This document shows, piece after piece, positions 36,509 to 46,728 of a DNA stretch of 64,000 nucleotides. Position numbers and translations under genes: made by a program. Under the pieces are notes generated by a model. It did no database searches. It was given only the letters and a program-made list of their open reading frames with translations, and was not told the DNA's origin. Each line of letters opens with the position of its first letter. The stretch's first letter is position 1. Location: assembly GCA_009840285.1 (NCBI GenBank), contig VXOF01000009.1, positions 3 to 64,002 on the forward strand. The letters are read 5' to 3'. The stretch is from Nitrospira sp. SB0662_bin_26 (GTDB lineage: Bacteria > Nitrospirota > Nitrospiria > Nitrospirales > UBA8639).

Positions 36509-37210
36509 TTATTGAAATGAATCGGAAGACTTGTGCGAATCGGACGGGGACGGTAACGCCGGGGTATCGCCGGGAGCCGGTTTGCCGGACTTTCCGTTAG
36601 CTGCGCCGCCCGAGACGCCGCCCGAGACGATGAAGGCCATGATGTCCGCGCTGTCGGCGTCGAGAGGGCGAATTTGATTGCGGGGTACGACCAGCAGGTT
36701 GCCGGCAAAGTTGTAGGATTGCGGAAAGTACACGGCGACCCGGTCTTCCAGCCCCAACAGGTCCAGGTTCTGGCGCGTCACGAACCCGATCGCCTCTGCA
36801 TGTCCTCCCGGCGTCAACGTAACGAGGACGGGTTGATCGAACCGTTTCTTTTCACCCATGAAGGCTTCAATGAGATCCTTGAGCGACGTGTAGACCAGTT
36901 TGACAAAGGGCGTGCGGGTCAGAACTTTTTCAAGGGAACCCAGGGCTCCGCGAAAGAACACGTTCGAGGCCAGCCGGCCGACCAGGACCAGCATGCCGAT
37001 AGTGATGAGAAACCCGATCCCCGGAATGGGGATGTTCAGCCAGCCGTCGATGAAATTGAACACCAGGAAAACGACATAGATGGTGACGGCCACCGGCACC
37101 ACGAGGAACAGACCTTCAAAGAAGTTCCGTGCCAACTCCTGCATGTCCCAGCGTTTGGGGATGGCCTCTTCTTTGAGGGATTTGAGAACTTCTTTCCAGT
37201 CAACACTCAT
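36509..37210 (-). CDS. DUF502-family membrane protein
   Basis: GLFLVVPVAVTIYVVFLVFNFIDGW...IPGIGFLITIGMLVLVGRLASN...P.VK.VY...K is the DUF502 signature. Confidence 0.8.
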   Translation of the reverse strand: MSVDWKEVLKSLKEEAIPKRWDMQELARNFFEGLFLVVPVAVTIYVVFLVFNFIDGWLNIPIPGIGFLITIGMLVLVGRLASNVFFRGALGSLEKVLTRTPFVKLVYTSLKDLIEAFMGEKKRFDQPVLVTLTPGGHAEAIGFVTRQNLDLLGLEDRVAVYFPQSYNFAGNLLVVPRNQIRPLDADSADIMAFIVSGGVSGGAANGKSGKPAPGDTPALPSPSDSHKSSDSFQ

Positions 37211-37400
37211 CGGAACGGCCTTTGGATCAAGACGTGAAGCGGCGGCGCTTCATGCGGAGCATCGCTCAATTCCTTGACTCTAACCGGAGAGAAGGCCTTG
37301 AGACAAGGCTCGCGGGGGATCATTTGACACCCGGCCTCACAACCCGTCAGAGTAGTGTTCACAGTCCGGGATTTATCCACCACACAGAAAGGCGCACGTT

Positions 37401-37661
37401 GTGGCAGGCGAAACCTCATCGCGGAAACCGTCCTCCAAATCAAAAGGTCCTCTCGACACCGAAATTCTGACGGTCCACGTCGAGCGTGAAGGCCAACAGG
37501 TCAGCGCCAAATGGGGGCTCAATCCGAGACTGAAAGAAGAATTGACTCCCGAGGAATGGAAAGAGGTGACGGACATTATGGGAAAGGTCACCGACATCGT
37601 GGGGAAACGGTTTTCGGAAATGTTGGCGCAAGGACCGACTGAAGCCGGCGGAACCGCGTAA
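37401..37661 (+). CDS. Hypothetical small protein (weak)
   Basis: Open frame with a GTG start and no motif. Ends just before the MITE copy. Confidence 0.25.
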   Translation: MAGETSSRKPSSKSKGPLDTEILTVHVEREGQQVSAKWGLNPRLKEELTPEEWKEVTDIMGKVTDIVGKRFSEMLAQGPTEAGGTA

Positions 37662-37668
37662 ACCCCAA

Positions 37669-37810
37669 GGAACCTCTGATTTAATGCACTATCGGGCGCA
37701 GGGCTGCGTTGTGTCCTCGCTCAACCCTCACCTATCTCTCTGATAAGCCTCGGGTTTCGCTCCGGGACGCCTTGCCCTGCATCCCGCTATCACCATAAAT
37801 CAGAGGTTCC
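37669..37810 (+). mobile_element. 142-bp MITE-like element (family A), copy 1
   Basis: Terminal inverted repeats GGAACCTCTGAT...ATCAGAGGTTCC. The interior is a long imperfect palindrome. 134/142 identical to the reverse complement of 40851..40992. Confidence 0.8.
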
Positions 37811-37872
37811 TTTATGCCATTCCCGTCACAATGAGTAAAGAGGTGGCGGGCAATAATTTGGGGTATACTAAG

Positions 37873-38168
37873 GAAAAGCAAAGACACTGGATCCCCGATC
37901 AAGTCGGGGATGACAGACAAAGACAGAAGAAAAATGAAGCGTCAACGAATGCCGCCATTTCCCGGCGCCTGCGGGCGTGGCTGCGCCCCGGTCCCGATAT
38001 TTGTTCTGGGGGCGAGGACTGTCTGAGCGAAGCGAGTTCCGCAGCCCAAGTAATCGGGACTGGGGCAAAGGCACCCCCTAGGGCCACGCCCGGGCGCCAA
38101 TGGTTTTGGGTCCTTTTGCCAAAACAAAAGGACCTCGTCGCGCGGGGGCGAAACCCTGCATGAAAAAG
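37873..38168 (+). repeat. Composite multi-hairpin interspersed repeat (family B), copy 1
   Basis: Contains the ATCCCCGAtcaagTCGGGGAT hairpin, then the Z module (ggcgcctgcgggcgtggctgcgcc...) and the X module (GGTCCTTTTGcc-aaa-CAAAAGGACC, GCGGGGgcgaaaCCCTGC). Abuts the Sel1 gene start. Confidence 0.8.
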
Positions 38169-38177
38169 AGGCTCACG

Positions 38178-38777
38178 ATGAAGAACATGCTCCAAATCAT
38201 AACTTTCACCATCGGGTGTTTGCTGGCCGGTAGCTGCCCGGCCTGGGCGGATTTCGGTCTGGGCGAAAACGCCTATCTCGAACAGGATTACGAAACCGCG
38301 ATGCGGGAATGGGCTCCGCTGGCTTCCCGGGGGAATGCCGAGGCCCAAAACATGGTGGGATACATGTATCGATGGGGACAGGGCGTTGCGCAGGATTTCG
38401 AGAAGGCTCGCTATTGGTATCGGCTGGCGGCTGACCAAGGCCATGCGAGCGCGCAAAATAACCTGGGTTTACTCTACCGTTATGGTTTGGGTGTTCCCAA
38501 AGATTACGCCAGGGCCTTCCGGTGGTTTTTGCGGGCGGCGGAGCAGGGGAACGCGGCGGGGCAGAATCACGTCGGTCTGATGTTCTACAAGGGCGAGGGC
38601 GTCAAACAGGATTACATCCAGGCGTATCAATGGGCCTTCCTTGCGGCGGAACAGGGCATGGATCCGGCGATCCAGGCCGTAGCCATGCTGCAAGAAGAAA
38701 TGACGCCCGCGCAAATTGAAAAAGCCGAAGCCTTGGCCCGGAAATGGAAACCGAAGGGGCCGGAGACGGTCCTATAG
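38178..38777 (+). CDS. Sel1-repeat (SLR/TPR-like) protein, secreted
   Basis: Signal peptide MKNMLQIITFTIGCLLAGSCPAWA. Four or more units of the type GNAEAQNMVGYMY..G.GV.QD...A..WY..AA. Confidence 0.85.
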   Translation: MKNMLQIITFTIGCLLAGSCPAWADFGLGENAYLEQDYETAMREWAPLASRGNAEAQNMVGYMYRWGQGVAQDFEKARYWYRLAADQGHASAQNNLGLLYRYGLGVPKDYARAFRWFLRAAEQGNAAGQNHVGLMFYKGEGVKQDYIQAYQWAFLAAEQGMDPAIQAVAMLQEEMTPAQIEKAEALARKWKPKGPETVL

Positions 38778-38823
38778 CCGGGAAAAACCTGCCCATGCCA
38801 GCGGGCAGTACTCTGCGCATCCC

Positions 38824-39486
38824 TTAGTACCCTTCACGTTTGACGCAGGAGTTGGAGAGTCCGATCCGTTCTCTGTAACAGGATCGTGCGAGCAGACGAT
38901 GATGCGAAGCCGAATCCGTCACGGCCCTACCGTGAAGTTGGCGACACAGTTGAATCGTATAGGCCAACGCCGCGCTCGTTTTGACTAATGCCCAGCCATA
39001 CTCGAACCCCGGGTCGTCTTGGTGAGGACAAGACCGGCGACTCAGGGTTTTGACCAACTCAACCGAAAAAGGGGTTGCTTGCCAGTCAGGAGTCCCGAAC
39101 CCGGATAACAAGGGAATTTTTACGGAGCCGCCATCCCCTCGTTTGCGAATTTCCGACTCATCAAACAACGTACGCTGAAACTGATAGTCATCCGACAAGG
39201 CGTCATGAAAAATGGAGCGCCATGCCGGATCGGCTAAATCCCGATCAACGGCCGCAATCATATCAGGATGTAAGGCGCCGCTGACGTTGTGCCCCTGGAT
39301 GATTCGTCCCGCATCCAGTAATTCAGGGTAGTAGTCGCCCATCCGGTCGGGAAAAGCCGTCGTTCCCATAAATGGCGTCAGTTGCAGGGCCATGAAATCA
39401 CGAAAATGGACACTGTCATATTCTGCCAAGAGAAGCTCCAAGGTGCGCGCATGGCAGAGGTGAACGGGATAAAACACGGCGTTCAT
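38824..39486 (-). CDS. Conserved hypothetical protein
   Basis: Long open frame directly downstream of ychF. The start MNAVFYP was chosen to avoid overlapping ychF. No family recognised. Confidence 0.5.
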   Translation of the reverse strand: MNAVFYPVHLCHARTLELLLAEYDSVHFRDFMALQLTPFMGTTAFPDRMGDYYPELLDAGRIIQGHNVSGALHPDMIAAVDRDLADPAWRSIFHDALSDDYQFQRTLFDESEIRKRGDGGSVKIPLLSGFGTPDWQATPFSVELVKTLSRRSCPHQDDPGFEYGWALVKTSAALAYTIQLCRQLHGRAVTDSASHHRLLARSCYRERIGLSNSCVKREGY

Positions 39487-39497
39487 GGAAGTCCGTC

Positions 39498-40568
39498 TTA
39501 CACGTTGAACTTGAAGTGACACACGTCGCCGTCTTTGACCACGTATTCCTTGCCTTCCAACCGGATGAGGCCTTTCTCTCGTAGCGTTTGCTCTGACCGG
39601 TAGCGATCCAGGTCCGTAAAGCCGTATACGTCGGCCTTGATAAATCCCTTTTCAAAGTCCGAGTGGATCACGCCGGCGGCTTGAGGCGCCTTGGCTCCCA
39701 CGGGGATCGTCCACGCCCGGACTTCCTTGGGGCCTCCGGTAAAATATGAGCAGAGTCCCAGCGTTTTGTACGCCGCCACGATGACCCGTTCCAGGCCGTT
39801 GTGTGTCATGCCCAGGTCAGCCATGAATAACTCGCGGTCCTCCCCTGACAACTCGGCTAATTCGCTTTCCAGTTTGCCGGAGAGTACGACCGATTCCGCC
39901 TCAAGGTCTTGGACAAGCGCTTGAAAATCATCCACGACGGCCGGGTCCGTATGCTCGTCGGTATTGCCGACGTACAGGACGGGTTTCGCGGTCAGCATGG
40001 AGAACGGTTTGAGACTCTCCGGATCGAGTCCGAGTGTCCTTACGGATTTGCCCTCTTCGAGGCCCGTCTTGAGGATATTGAGTAATTCCAGCGCGTCCTT
40101 CGCTTCCGTGTCCCCGGACCGTGCCTTACCCGAGACCTTGTCGAATTGTTTCGTGACGCTTTCGAGATCGGCGAGCATCAGTTCGGTCTCGAGCACGTCA
40201 ACGTCCCTCTTTGGGTCGATGCCGTCCAACGTGTGTTCGACGTTGGCATTCTGAAACAGACGAACCATGTGCAGGATCGCGTCGACTTCCCGGATGTGAG
40301 CCAGAAATTTGTTGCCGAGCCCTTCACCCTCTGCTGCGCCTTTGCCCAGTCCGGCGATGTCGACAAACCGGCAGAAGGCGGGCGTGGTTTTTTTCGGTTT
40401 GAAGATTTCCGCGAGGCGGTCCAGCCGGGAGTCGGGAACGGGAACGACGCCGAGGTTCGGTTCGATGGTGGTAAAGGGATAGGTCGACGAGGCCGCGTCT
40501 CCTGATGTCAGCGCGTTGAAGATCGTCGATTTGCCGACGTTGGGAAGTCCGACAATGCCGATTTCCAT
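39498..40568 (-). CDS. ychF: Redox-regulated ATPase YchF (Obg-like)
   Basis: MEIGIVGLPNVGKSTIFNALT, with the C-terminal TGS-like ...DGDVCHFKFNV. Confidence 0.93.
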   Translation of the reverse strand: MEIGIVGLPNVGKSTIFNALTSGDAASSTYPFTTIEPNLGVVPVPDSRLDRLAEIFKPKKTTPAFCRFVDIAGLGKGAAEGEGLGNKFLAHIREVDAILHMVRLFQNANVEHTLDGIDPKRDVDVLETELMLADLESVTKQFDKVSGKARSGDTEAKDALELLNILKTGLEEGKSVRTLGLDPESLKPFSMLTAKPVLYVGNTDEHTDPAVVDDFQALVQDLEAESVVLSGKLESELAELSGEDRELFMADLGMTHNGLERVIVAAYKTLGLCSYFTGGPKEVRAWTIPVGAKAPQAAGVIHSDFEKGFIKADVYGFTDLDRYRSEQTLREKGLIRLEGKEYVVKDGDVCHFKFNV

Positions 40569-40850
40569 GGGAGTGGCATCCTAGCAAACCGGTTCCGGCC
40601 ACGGCTAGGGGCATCACGACTCCATGAAAGAGGGAAAAACTTGTTTCCGGCCCAGGATTTCATTGGCGACTGACGATGTATTTTCATTTTATAATCAAAT
40701 AGTTACGTTGGTCGTGGAAAAGGTGACTAAACGAAGATACCCCGGAAAACTTTTCTGTAGAGCCGTGCCCTTGATTTGCCGCCAAAACTGGTTATGGATA
40801 GAGCTATAGGGAAAACATCCGCACAATATGTTGCGGAGCTGTCTACGAAA

Positions 40851-40992
40851 GGAACCTCTGATCTATGGTGATAGCAGGATGCAGGGCAAGGCGTCGCGGA
40901 GCGAAACCCGAAGCTTATCAGAGAGATAGGTGAGGGTTGAGCGAGGACCCAACGCAGCCATGCGCCCGATAGTGCAATAAAGCAGAGGTTCC
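40851..40992 (-). mobile_element. 142-bp MITE-like element (family A), copy 2 (inverted relative to copy 1)
   Basis: Same TIRs and interior as 37669..37810, with 8 mismatches. Confidence 0.8.
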
Positions 40993-41045
40993 GAAAGACT
41001 GTTCCCGGATGCGTCGGAGCAGTCGAGGTCAAAGGGGGATGCCAG

Positions 41046-41222
41046 ATGAAATGTCCACGATGTGGGGGTCTTATGGTCAGAGATCATTTTTATGATCCGG
41101 ACGGCCCTTTTCTTCGTATCGAGACCTTACGGTGTTTGAATTGCGGAGAAACAGTCTATCCGAAAACAGCAAAACAATCGGCCGGACTGGGCTCCAGGAA
41201 ACCTGCTTCACAAGCTGCATAA
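41046..41222 (+). CDS. Small 58-aa zinc-ribbon ORF upstream of rpoD
   Basis: [38 protein letters not shown] has CxxC-n21-CxxC. A G-rich RBS lies upstream. Below the ORF-track size cut-off. Confidence 0.35.
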   Translation: MKCPRCGGLMVRDHFYDPDGPFLRIETLRCLNCGETVYPKTAKQSAGLGSRKPASQAA

Positions 41223-41248
41223 TCGTCCGGGGGAATCGATCATTTTCA

Positions 41249-42757
41249 ATGCGTAGAGATTGTCACATGCGTCAAGTTCCGTCACCAGATGTCACAGAAC
41301 CGGATACTGCTCAAGTCACCTCGTCTTTGGGTGTGTCGGCGTTCCCGGATCGTGTTCGGCCCGTGTCTTCACGGCCGGGGAATAGGAGTATTCCCGAGAA
41401 GGAAGAAGGGACGCATGGCCCGACCCAGGTGTTCCTGAAGGAGATGGGCAAGGTGCCCTTATTGACGCGTGAAGAGGAAGTGGCGCTTGCCAAACAAATC
41501 GAAGCGGGAAAAGCTGAATTGCGACGAGCCGTTTACGGACTCCCCCTGGTGTTCGATCGTTTGGAGTCACTCCGTGTTGCTTTGCAGCGACGCGAGATTT
41601 CCGTGTCTGCGGTTGTAAACCTTGAACATGGTTCGGAGAACGTTGAAGCTGCGGAGCAAGCACAGGAGAACGCACGAAATCTGACCTTGAGCGGACTGTC
41701 GGCCATCCGGCGAGCTTCAAAATCTCTGCGAACGTATTACCTGGAACAATGTGCAAAACCGGCAGGTGCTTCTCGCGTCTTGAAATCGGTGGAATCTGCG
41801 CAACAACGCATTGTCGACCGCGTCCTGGCGTTGCATTTGACTGATGAATATCAGGGACAACTCGTGTCCGAGGTCAGAACCCTGGCGAACGATTTTCGTT
41901 CGGGGTCACGGGAGGCGATTGGTGCAAGCCGGGATCGCGTGAAGCATATCGAGCGCAACGCCCTGTTCATGCCCGTTTCCCTGTTCCTGGAACACGTCGA
42001 AAGAATCGAACGGGCCGAGCGAACCATCGAAGACGGAAAGACCCGGCTGATTCAGGCCAATTTGCGATTGGTGGCAAGTGTGGCCAAGCATTACATGGGG
42101 CGAGGGCTTCAATTTCTGGATCTCGTTCAAGAAGGGAACATCGGCCTGATGAAGGCCGTTGATAAATTCGAATATCAACGCGGGTACAAGTTCAGCACGT
42201 ATGCCACGTGGTGGATCAGACAACGCATGACGCGCGCCATCGCTGATCAAGCCAGTACGATCCGGGTGCCGGTTCATATGCATGAGTCCGTTCAAAAATT
42301 GAGGAGAGCATCGGCGCGCCTGGTGCAACGCTACGGGCGTCCGCCCACCGTTTGGGAATTGGCCGGACACGTGGAGTTGTCCGAGGCGAGGACCCGGGAA
42401 ATGATGGAGTACCTGAAGGAGCCCGTGTCACTGGAAACGCCGGTGGGTGAACATGAAGATACCAGGTTGGGCGACCTCCTCGAGGATCGGACTGTCCCGC
42501 CTCCTTACGCGGCTGCCTTACGGTCTGACACGAGGCGTCAAGTGGACAAAGTCTTGGGTGTCTTGACGCCCAAGGAAGAATACATCATCAAAAAACGGTT
42601 CGGGATCGGATTCGTCAAAGGGCACACGCTCGAGGAAATCAGCGAAGATTTCGGCGTGACCCGTGAACGCATTCGCCAAATTGAAGCGTCCGCTCTCAGG
42701 AAATTGCGCCAACCGCAATGTCTGGAAATGCTGAAGGAACTGGCGGAAATGAATTAA
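41249..42757 (+). CDS. rpoD: RNA polymerase sigma-70 family factor (RpoD-like, group 1/2)
   Basis: Region 2 [56 protein letters not shown] and region 4 [20 protein letters not shown]. Start uncertain. Confidence 0.88.
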   Translation: MRRDCHMRQVPSPDVTEPDTAQVTSSLGVSAFPDRVRPVSSRPGNRSIPEKEEGTHGPTQVFLKEMGKVPLLTREEEVALAKQIEAGKAELRRAVYGLPLVFDRLESLRVALQRREISVSAVVNLEHGSENVEAAEQAQENARNLTLSGLSAIRRASKSLRTYYLEQCAKPAGASRVLKSVESAQQRIVDRVLALHLTDEYQGQLVSEVRTLANDFRSGSREAIGASRDRVKHIERNALFMPVSLFLEHVERIERAERTIEDGKTRLIQANLRLVASVAKHYMGRGLQFLDLVQEGNIGLMKAVDKFEYQRGYKFSTYATWWIRQRMTRAIADQASTIRVPVHMHESVQKLRRASARLVQRYGRPPTVWELAGHVELSEARTREMMEYLKEPVSLETPVGEHEDTRLGDLLEDRTVPPPYAAALRSDTRRQVDKVLGVLTPKEEYIIKKRFGIGFVKGHTLEEISEDFGVTRERIRQIEASALRKLRQPQCLEMLKELAEMN

Positions 42758-42799
42758 GCAAGGCTGTCGGATGACGCTACGCTACTCCAACCTACAAAG

Positions 42800-43167
42800 A
42801 CTGTCATCCCCGACCCTCCTCCTCCGTCATTCTCGACATCTTTAATCGAGAATCCAGTGTCTTTGTTTTTTCTCATGCGGGGTTTCGCCCCGCACGACGA
42901 GGTCCTTTTGTTTCGGCAAAAGGACCCAAAACCATTGGCGCCCGGGCGTGGCCCCACGGGGTGCCTTTGCCCCAGTCCCGATTTCTTGGGCTGCGGAACT
43001 CGCTTCGCTCAGACAGTCCTCGCCCCCAAAGCAGGTGTCGGGACTGGGTCGCAGCCACGCCCGAAGGCGCCTGTAGCCAGCCATGGCCGTTCCGGTCATC
43101 CCCGACGCGTGTCATGTGTCCTGCCGAGTAAGTAGGTCGGATTAGCCCAAGGCGTAATCCGACACGT
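42800..43167 (-). repeat. Family B composite repeat, copy 2, plus a REP-like hairpin
   Basis: Reverse-complement copy of the Z+X modules, flanked by hairpin variants. Ends with GTAGGTCGGATTAgcccaaggcgTAATCCGAC. Confidence 0.8.
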
Positions 43168-43252
43168 CCGTCTGAATTTCGAGCCAATCCCTCCTGATTT
43201 GTGTTAGAGTTCCGGTATTCCGGTTCGCACGGATCGAAAGGAGGGTCTCCTC

Positions 43253-44224
43253 ATGGGCGCAGAAATGCAGGTCTTCGGCACCCTCGCTCTGTTGTTGATC
43301 GTCAGCGTGTTTCTGACGGCGTTTTTGTACTTGATCCCCATTCCATTGTGGATTGCGGCCTGGGCCTCGAATGCGTACGTGGGGCTTCTGACCCTGGTCG
43401 GCATGCGGTTCCGCCGGGTGCCGCCCGGCACCGTGGTCACGGCGCGGATCAGCGCGGTCAAGGCCGGCCTGGAAATTCCCATCAATGACCTCGAAGCCCA
43501 TTTCCTTGCCGGCGGCGACGTGGTGAAAGTGGTGAATGCCATGATCTCCGCGGACAAGGCGAACATCCCCATGCCTTTCAAACGCGCCGCGGCTATCGAT
43601 CTGGCCGGTCGCGACGTGTTGGAAGCCGTGCAGATGTCCGTGTTGCCGAAGGTCATCGAAACCCCGAGGATTACCGCGGTGGCGAAAGACGGCATTCAAC
43701 TGATTGCCGTGTCCCGCGTGACGGTTCGAGCGAATATCGACCGGCTTGTCGGTGGGGCAGGAGAGGAGACGGTCATTGCCCGGGTGGGTGAAGGCATGGT
43801 GAGCACCATCGGTTCGTCGGATCGGCACAAGGACGTGTTGGAAAATCCCGATGAAATCTCAAAACATATTCTCCAAAAAGGACTGGATGCCGGGACGGCG
43901 TTTGAAATTCTATCCATCGACATCGCGGACGTGGACGTGGGTGAAAATATCGGGGCAAAGTTGCAGATCGACCAGGCTGACGCCGATAAGCAGATTGCGC
44001 AGGCCAAGGCCGAAGAGCGGCGGGCCATGGCTGTGGCCCTTGAACAGGAAATGCGGGCCCGGGTGATCGAGGCCGAAGCCGAAGTGCCGCGCGCCATGGC
44101 CGAGGCGTTTCGGAAGGGCAATATCGGACTCATGGATTATTATCGAATGAAGAACGTGCAAGCCGATACCGCCATGCGAGAGGCCATCGGGCGCGACGAT
44201 GAGAGCCCCGAATCCAAGCCGTGA
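43253..44224 (+). CDS. floA: Flotillin-like protein FloA (UPF0365/YqfA)
   Basis: [31 protein letters not shown]....A......AG......LEAH.LAGG.V..VV.A.I.A.KA is collinear with FloA. Confidence 0.88.
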   Translation: MGAEMQVFGTLALLLIVSVFLTAFLYLIPIPLWIAAWASNAYVGLLTLVGMRFRRVPPGTVVTARISAVKAGLEIPINDLEAHFLAGGDVVKVVNAMISADKANIPMPFKRAAAIDLAGRDVLEAVQMSVLPKVIETPRITAVAKDGIQLIAVSRVTVRANIDRLVGGAGEETVIARVGEGMVSTIGSSDRHKDVLENPDEISKHILQKGLDAGTAFEILSIDIADVDVGENIGAKLQIDQADADKQIAQAKAEERRAMAVALEQEMRARVIEAEAEVPRAMAEAFRKGNIGLMDYYRMKNVQADTAMREAIGRDDESPESKP

Positions 44225-44238
44225 CGTGAGGTGATGGG

Positions 44239-44580
44239 ATGACCGTCGAGGCATTTGTTTTTCTTGGAATCGTGCTGTTGGTCTGGTTCATTGCATCCGT
44301 CGGGAGTTGGTTGCGGGAGCAGATCGAACGCTTTACTCGGTACCAGGAAGAATTGAGCGTCCAAGAGACGTCTCACCCTTCCCCGGTTTTTGAGAGTGTC
44401 CGGCCCGACGAGGCGACGGCTGAATTGCCGGAGAACATACCCCCGCGCGTGGTTCCAAGTGAGAGCCTGAAACGTCCCGTTCGGTTACGGTATCGGAGTC
44501 GAACAGCCGCGCGCCGTGGAATCATCCTGATGACGGTGTTCGGAGCTTGCAAAGCGCTCGAGACCCGGGACGAATTCTGA
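44239..44580 (+). CDS. Hypothetical membrane protein
   Basis: One N-terminal TM helix. Starts 15 nt after floA. Confidence 0.4.
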   Translation: MTVEAFVFLGIVLLVWFIASVGSWLREQIERFTRYQEELSVQETSHPSPVFESVRPDEATAELPENIPPRVVPSESLKRPVRLRYRSRTAARRGIILMTVFGACKALETRDEF

Positions 44581-44637
44581 CCCTTCGACTGCGCTCAGGA
44601 CAGGAAGGCCAAGCTCCTGTTCGATTGGCCGTTTCGC

Positions 44638-45981
44638 ATGGATATTCGATCCAGTGCTTTACTGACGGATTTCTATCAACTCACCATGCTCCAAGGCTAT
44701 CTCGAACGGGGCATGGAAGACACCGCGGTTTTTGAATGTTTCGTGAGAACGATGCCCCCGCAACGGGGGTTTTTTATGGCCGCGGGGTTGGCACAGCTCC
44801 TGGAATACCTGGAGACCGTTCGTTTGACCCCTGCCGAGTTGGATTGGGTGGCGAACAGCAGCCGGTTCAGCCGGTCGTTTGTTGACTATCTGGAACGGTT
44901 TCGGTTTGCGGGGGATCTTCATGCCGTGCCCGAGGGCACGGTGTTTTTCGCGAACGAACCCATTGTCCGGATCACGGCATCGCTTCCTCAAGCGCAGTTC
45001 ATCGAAACCCGGTTGGTCAACCTGCTGCACTATCAGACGTTGATTGCATCAAAAGCCGCACGATGCGTGCTCGCCGCTGAAGGCAAGCCCGTGGTCGACT
45101 TCGGCTTGCGGCGCTCTCACGGAGCCGAAGCCGGGTTGCTGGCTGCCCGGGCCGCTTACCTGGCCGGATTCGCCGGTTCAGCCACGGTCATGGCCGCACC
45201 CAGTTTTGAGGTGCCGGTCTTCGGAACCATGGGGCATAGTTTCGTGCAGGCCCACGAGGCCGAACGCCACGCCTTTGAGCATTTTGCCGATGTCCAACCC
45301 GATAACGTCATTTTTCTGCTCGATACCTATGACACACAGGAAGGAGCCCGGACCGTGGTGAAGCTGGCTCCGGGTCTGAGGGACAAGGGCATTACGATCA
45401 AAGGCGTACGTCTCGATAGCGGGGACTTGGTCGAGCAGGCGCGTCAAGTACGACATATTTTGGACGATGGTGGGTTGGAAGACGTGCAGATTACGGTAAG
45501 CGGCAACCTGGACGAAGATACCATTCAACACCTTGTTGCAGCTCAGGCGCCTGTTGATCTGTTTGCCGTCGGGACAAGGCTGGCGACGTCCGCGGATGCG
45601 CCGTATTTGGATTGCGTCTATAAACTACAGGAATATGCCGGGAGACCGTCACGAAAGAGGTCGGAGGGTAAGGAGACGTGGCCGGGCGTCAAGCAAGTCT
45701 ACCGCCGATATGATCCACAAGGACGTATCGATCATGACGTCGTGACGACGGCTGCCGATACGCAAGAGGAAACCCCGCTCATCCGGCCGGTCATGGAATG
45801 CGGTAAGCGCCGTGAGGCGTCCCCTTCACTGGATCACATCCGCGGACGCGCCACGGCCGAACTTGCCACGTTGCCTGACGAGATGCGCCGACTCAGCTCC
45901 GGGGTTACCATCTCCGTGCGGGTTTCTGCGGCATTACAATCTCTGACCCGCGAGGTGGATGCCCGTGATGAAGCCGAATAA
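44638..45981 (+). CDS. pncB: Nicotinate phosphoribosyltransferase
   Basis: LLTDFYQLTMLQGY..., with the GTMGHSFVQAH and RLDSGDL motifs. Confidence 0.88.
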   Translation: MDIRSSALLTDFYQLTMLQGYLERGMEDTAVFECFVRTMPPQRGFFMAAGLAQLLEYLETVRLTPAELDWVANSSRFSRSFVDYLERFRFAGDLHAVPEGTVFFANEPIVRITASLPQAQFIETRLVNLLHYQTLIASKAARCVLAAEGKPVVDFGLRRSHGAEAGLLAARAAYLAGFAGSATVMAAPSFEVPVFGTMGHSFVQAHEAERHAFEHFADVQPDNVIFLLDTYDTQEGARTVVKLAPGLRDKGITIKGVRLDSGDLVEQARQVRHILDDGGLEDVQITVSGNLDEDTIQHLVAAQAPVDLFAVGTRLATSADAPYLDCVYKLQEYAGRPSRKRSEGKETWPGVKQVYRRYDPQGRIDHDVVTTAADTQEETPLIRPVMECGKRREASPSLDHIRGRATAELATLPDEMRRLSSGVTISVRVSAALQSLTREVDARDEAE

Positions 45982-46029
45982 GGGTGACGAACGGACGTTC
46001 GCTGTTTCGGAATCGAGCGGGAAACGTGT

Positions 46030-46728
46030 CTAGGTCCCGACCTGGACGGGGATGACCTTGACGTGGACCCGGGCCAAACCTTTTTTGTGGAATCCCAGTC
46101 TTCTGGCTGCTCCGTAACTCAAGTCGATAATGCGTTCCCCGGAGTTCGGGTTGTTGACACTGGGGAACGGTCCACGATCGTTGACCCGGACGACAATCGA
46201 TCGCCCGTTTTCCAGGTTCGTCACCCTGACGTTGATCGGTAACGGCAGGTATTTGTGCGCGGCGGTCAAGGCCATGGGATTGAACGCTTCGCCGTTCGCG
46301 GTCATATGCCCTCCCTTTTTTCGCCGGGTTTCTTCTCCATACCAGGACGCGATCCCTTTCTCTTCATAGCGTTGGGCCTTTCGGACGCTCATGGGCACGT
46401 AGCGTCTGCCCTTCACCACGTACGGAGCCCATTTGACCCGGCCCTGGCGAATGGCTTCCTTGACCGGCAACCCGTCGATCGTTTCGATTTCATCGTGCGT
46501 CAGGGGCCAGTCGAATGGAGCCCGTACGACCTCGAACGTAAATTTTCCTATCTGGTAAGTGACTTTGGCGGTTCCGGTCGTCAGGTAATAAACCCCTTTA
46601 ACCGTGCCGGCCACGATGTCATAGGTCGTTTCCGCGACAATACAGCCGGGGAGCAGGACAAGGGCAAGAACAACGCTTAGGGGGCTCAGCCGTGTTTGTG
46701 AGGGAATCAATCCGTTCCTTTTGAGCAT
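46030..46728 (-). CDS. rlpA: RlpA-family septal ring lytic transglycosylase (DPBB domain lipoprotein)
   Basis: Lipobox LLPGC, with ASWYGEE...G..TANGE.F.....TAAHK.LPL...VRVTNL.NGRS.VVRVNDRGPF. Confidence 0.85.
   Translation of the reverse strand: MLKRNGLIPSQTRLSPLSVVLALVLLPGCIVAETTYDIVAGTVKGVYYLTTGTAKVTYQIGKFTFEVVRAPFDWPLTHDEIETIDGLPVKEAIRQGRVKWAPYVVKGRRYVPMSVRKAQRYEEKGIASWYGEETRRKKGGHMTANGEAFNPMALTAAHKYLPLPINVRVTNLENGRSIVVRVNDRGPFPSVNNPNSGERIIDLSYGAARRLGFHKKGLARVHVKVIPVQVGT

Noticed and set aside
38100-38177. N-terminal extension MVLGPFAKTKGPRRAGAKPCMKKRLT of the Sel1 ORF, and similar ORFs at 37831..38163, 42842..43187, 53838..54149 and 60012..60316
   Set aside because: They lie entirely within family B repeat copies, and the same peptides recur in several frames and strands. 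They are translation artefacts of the repeat.
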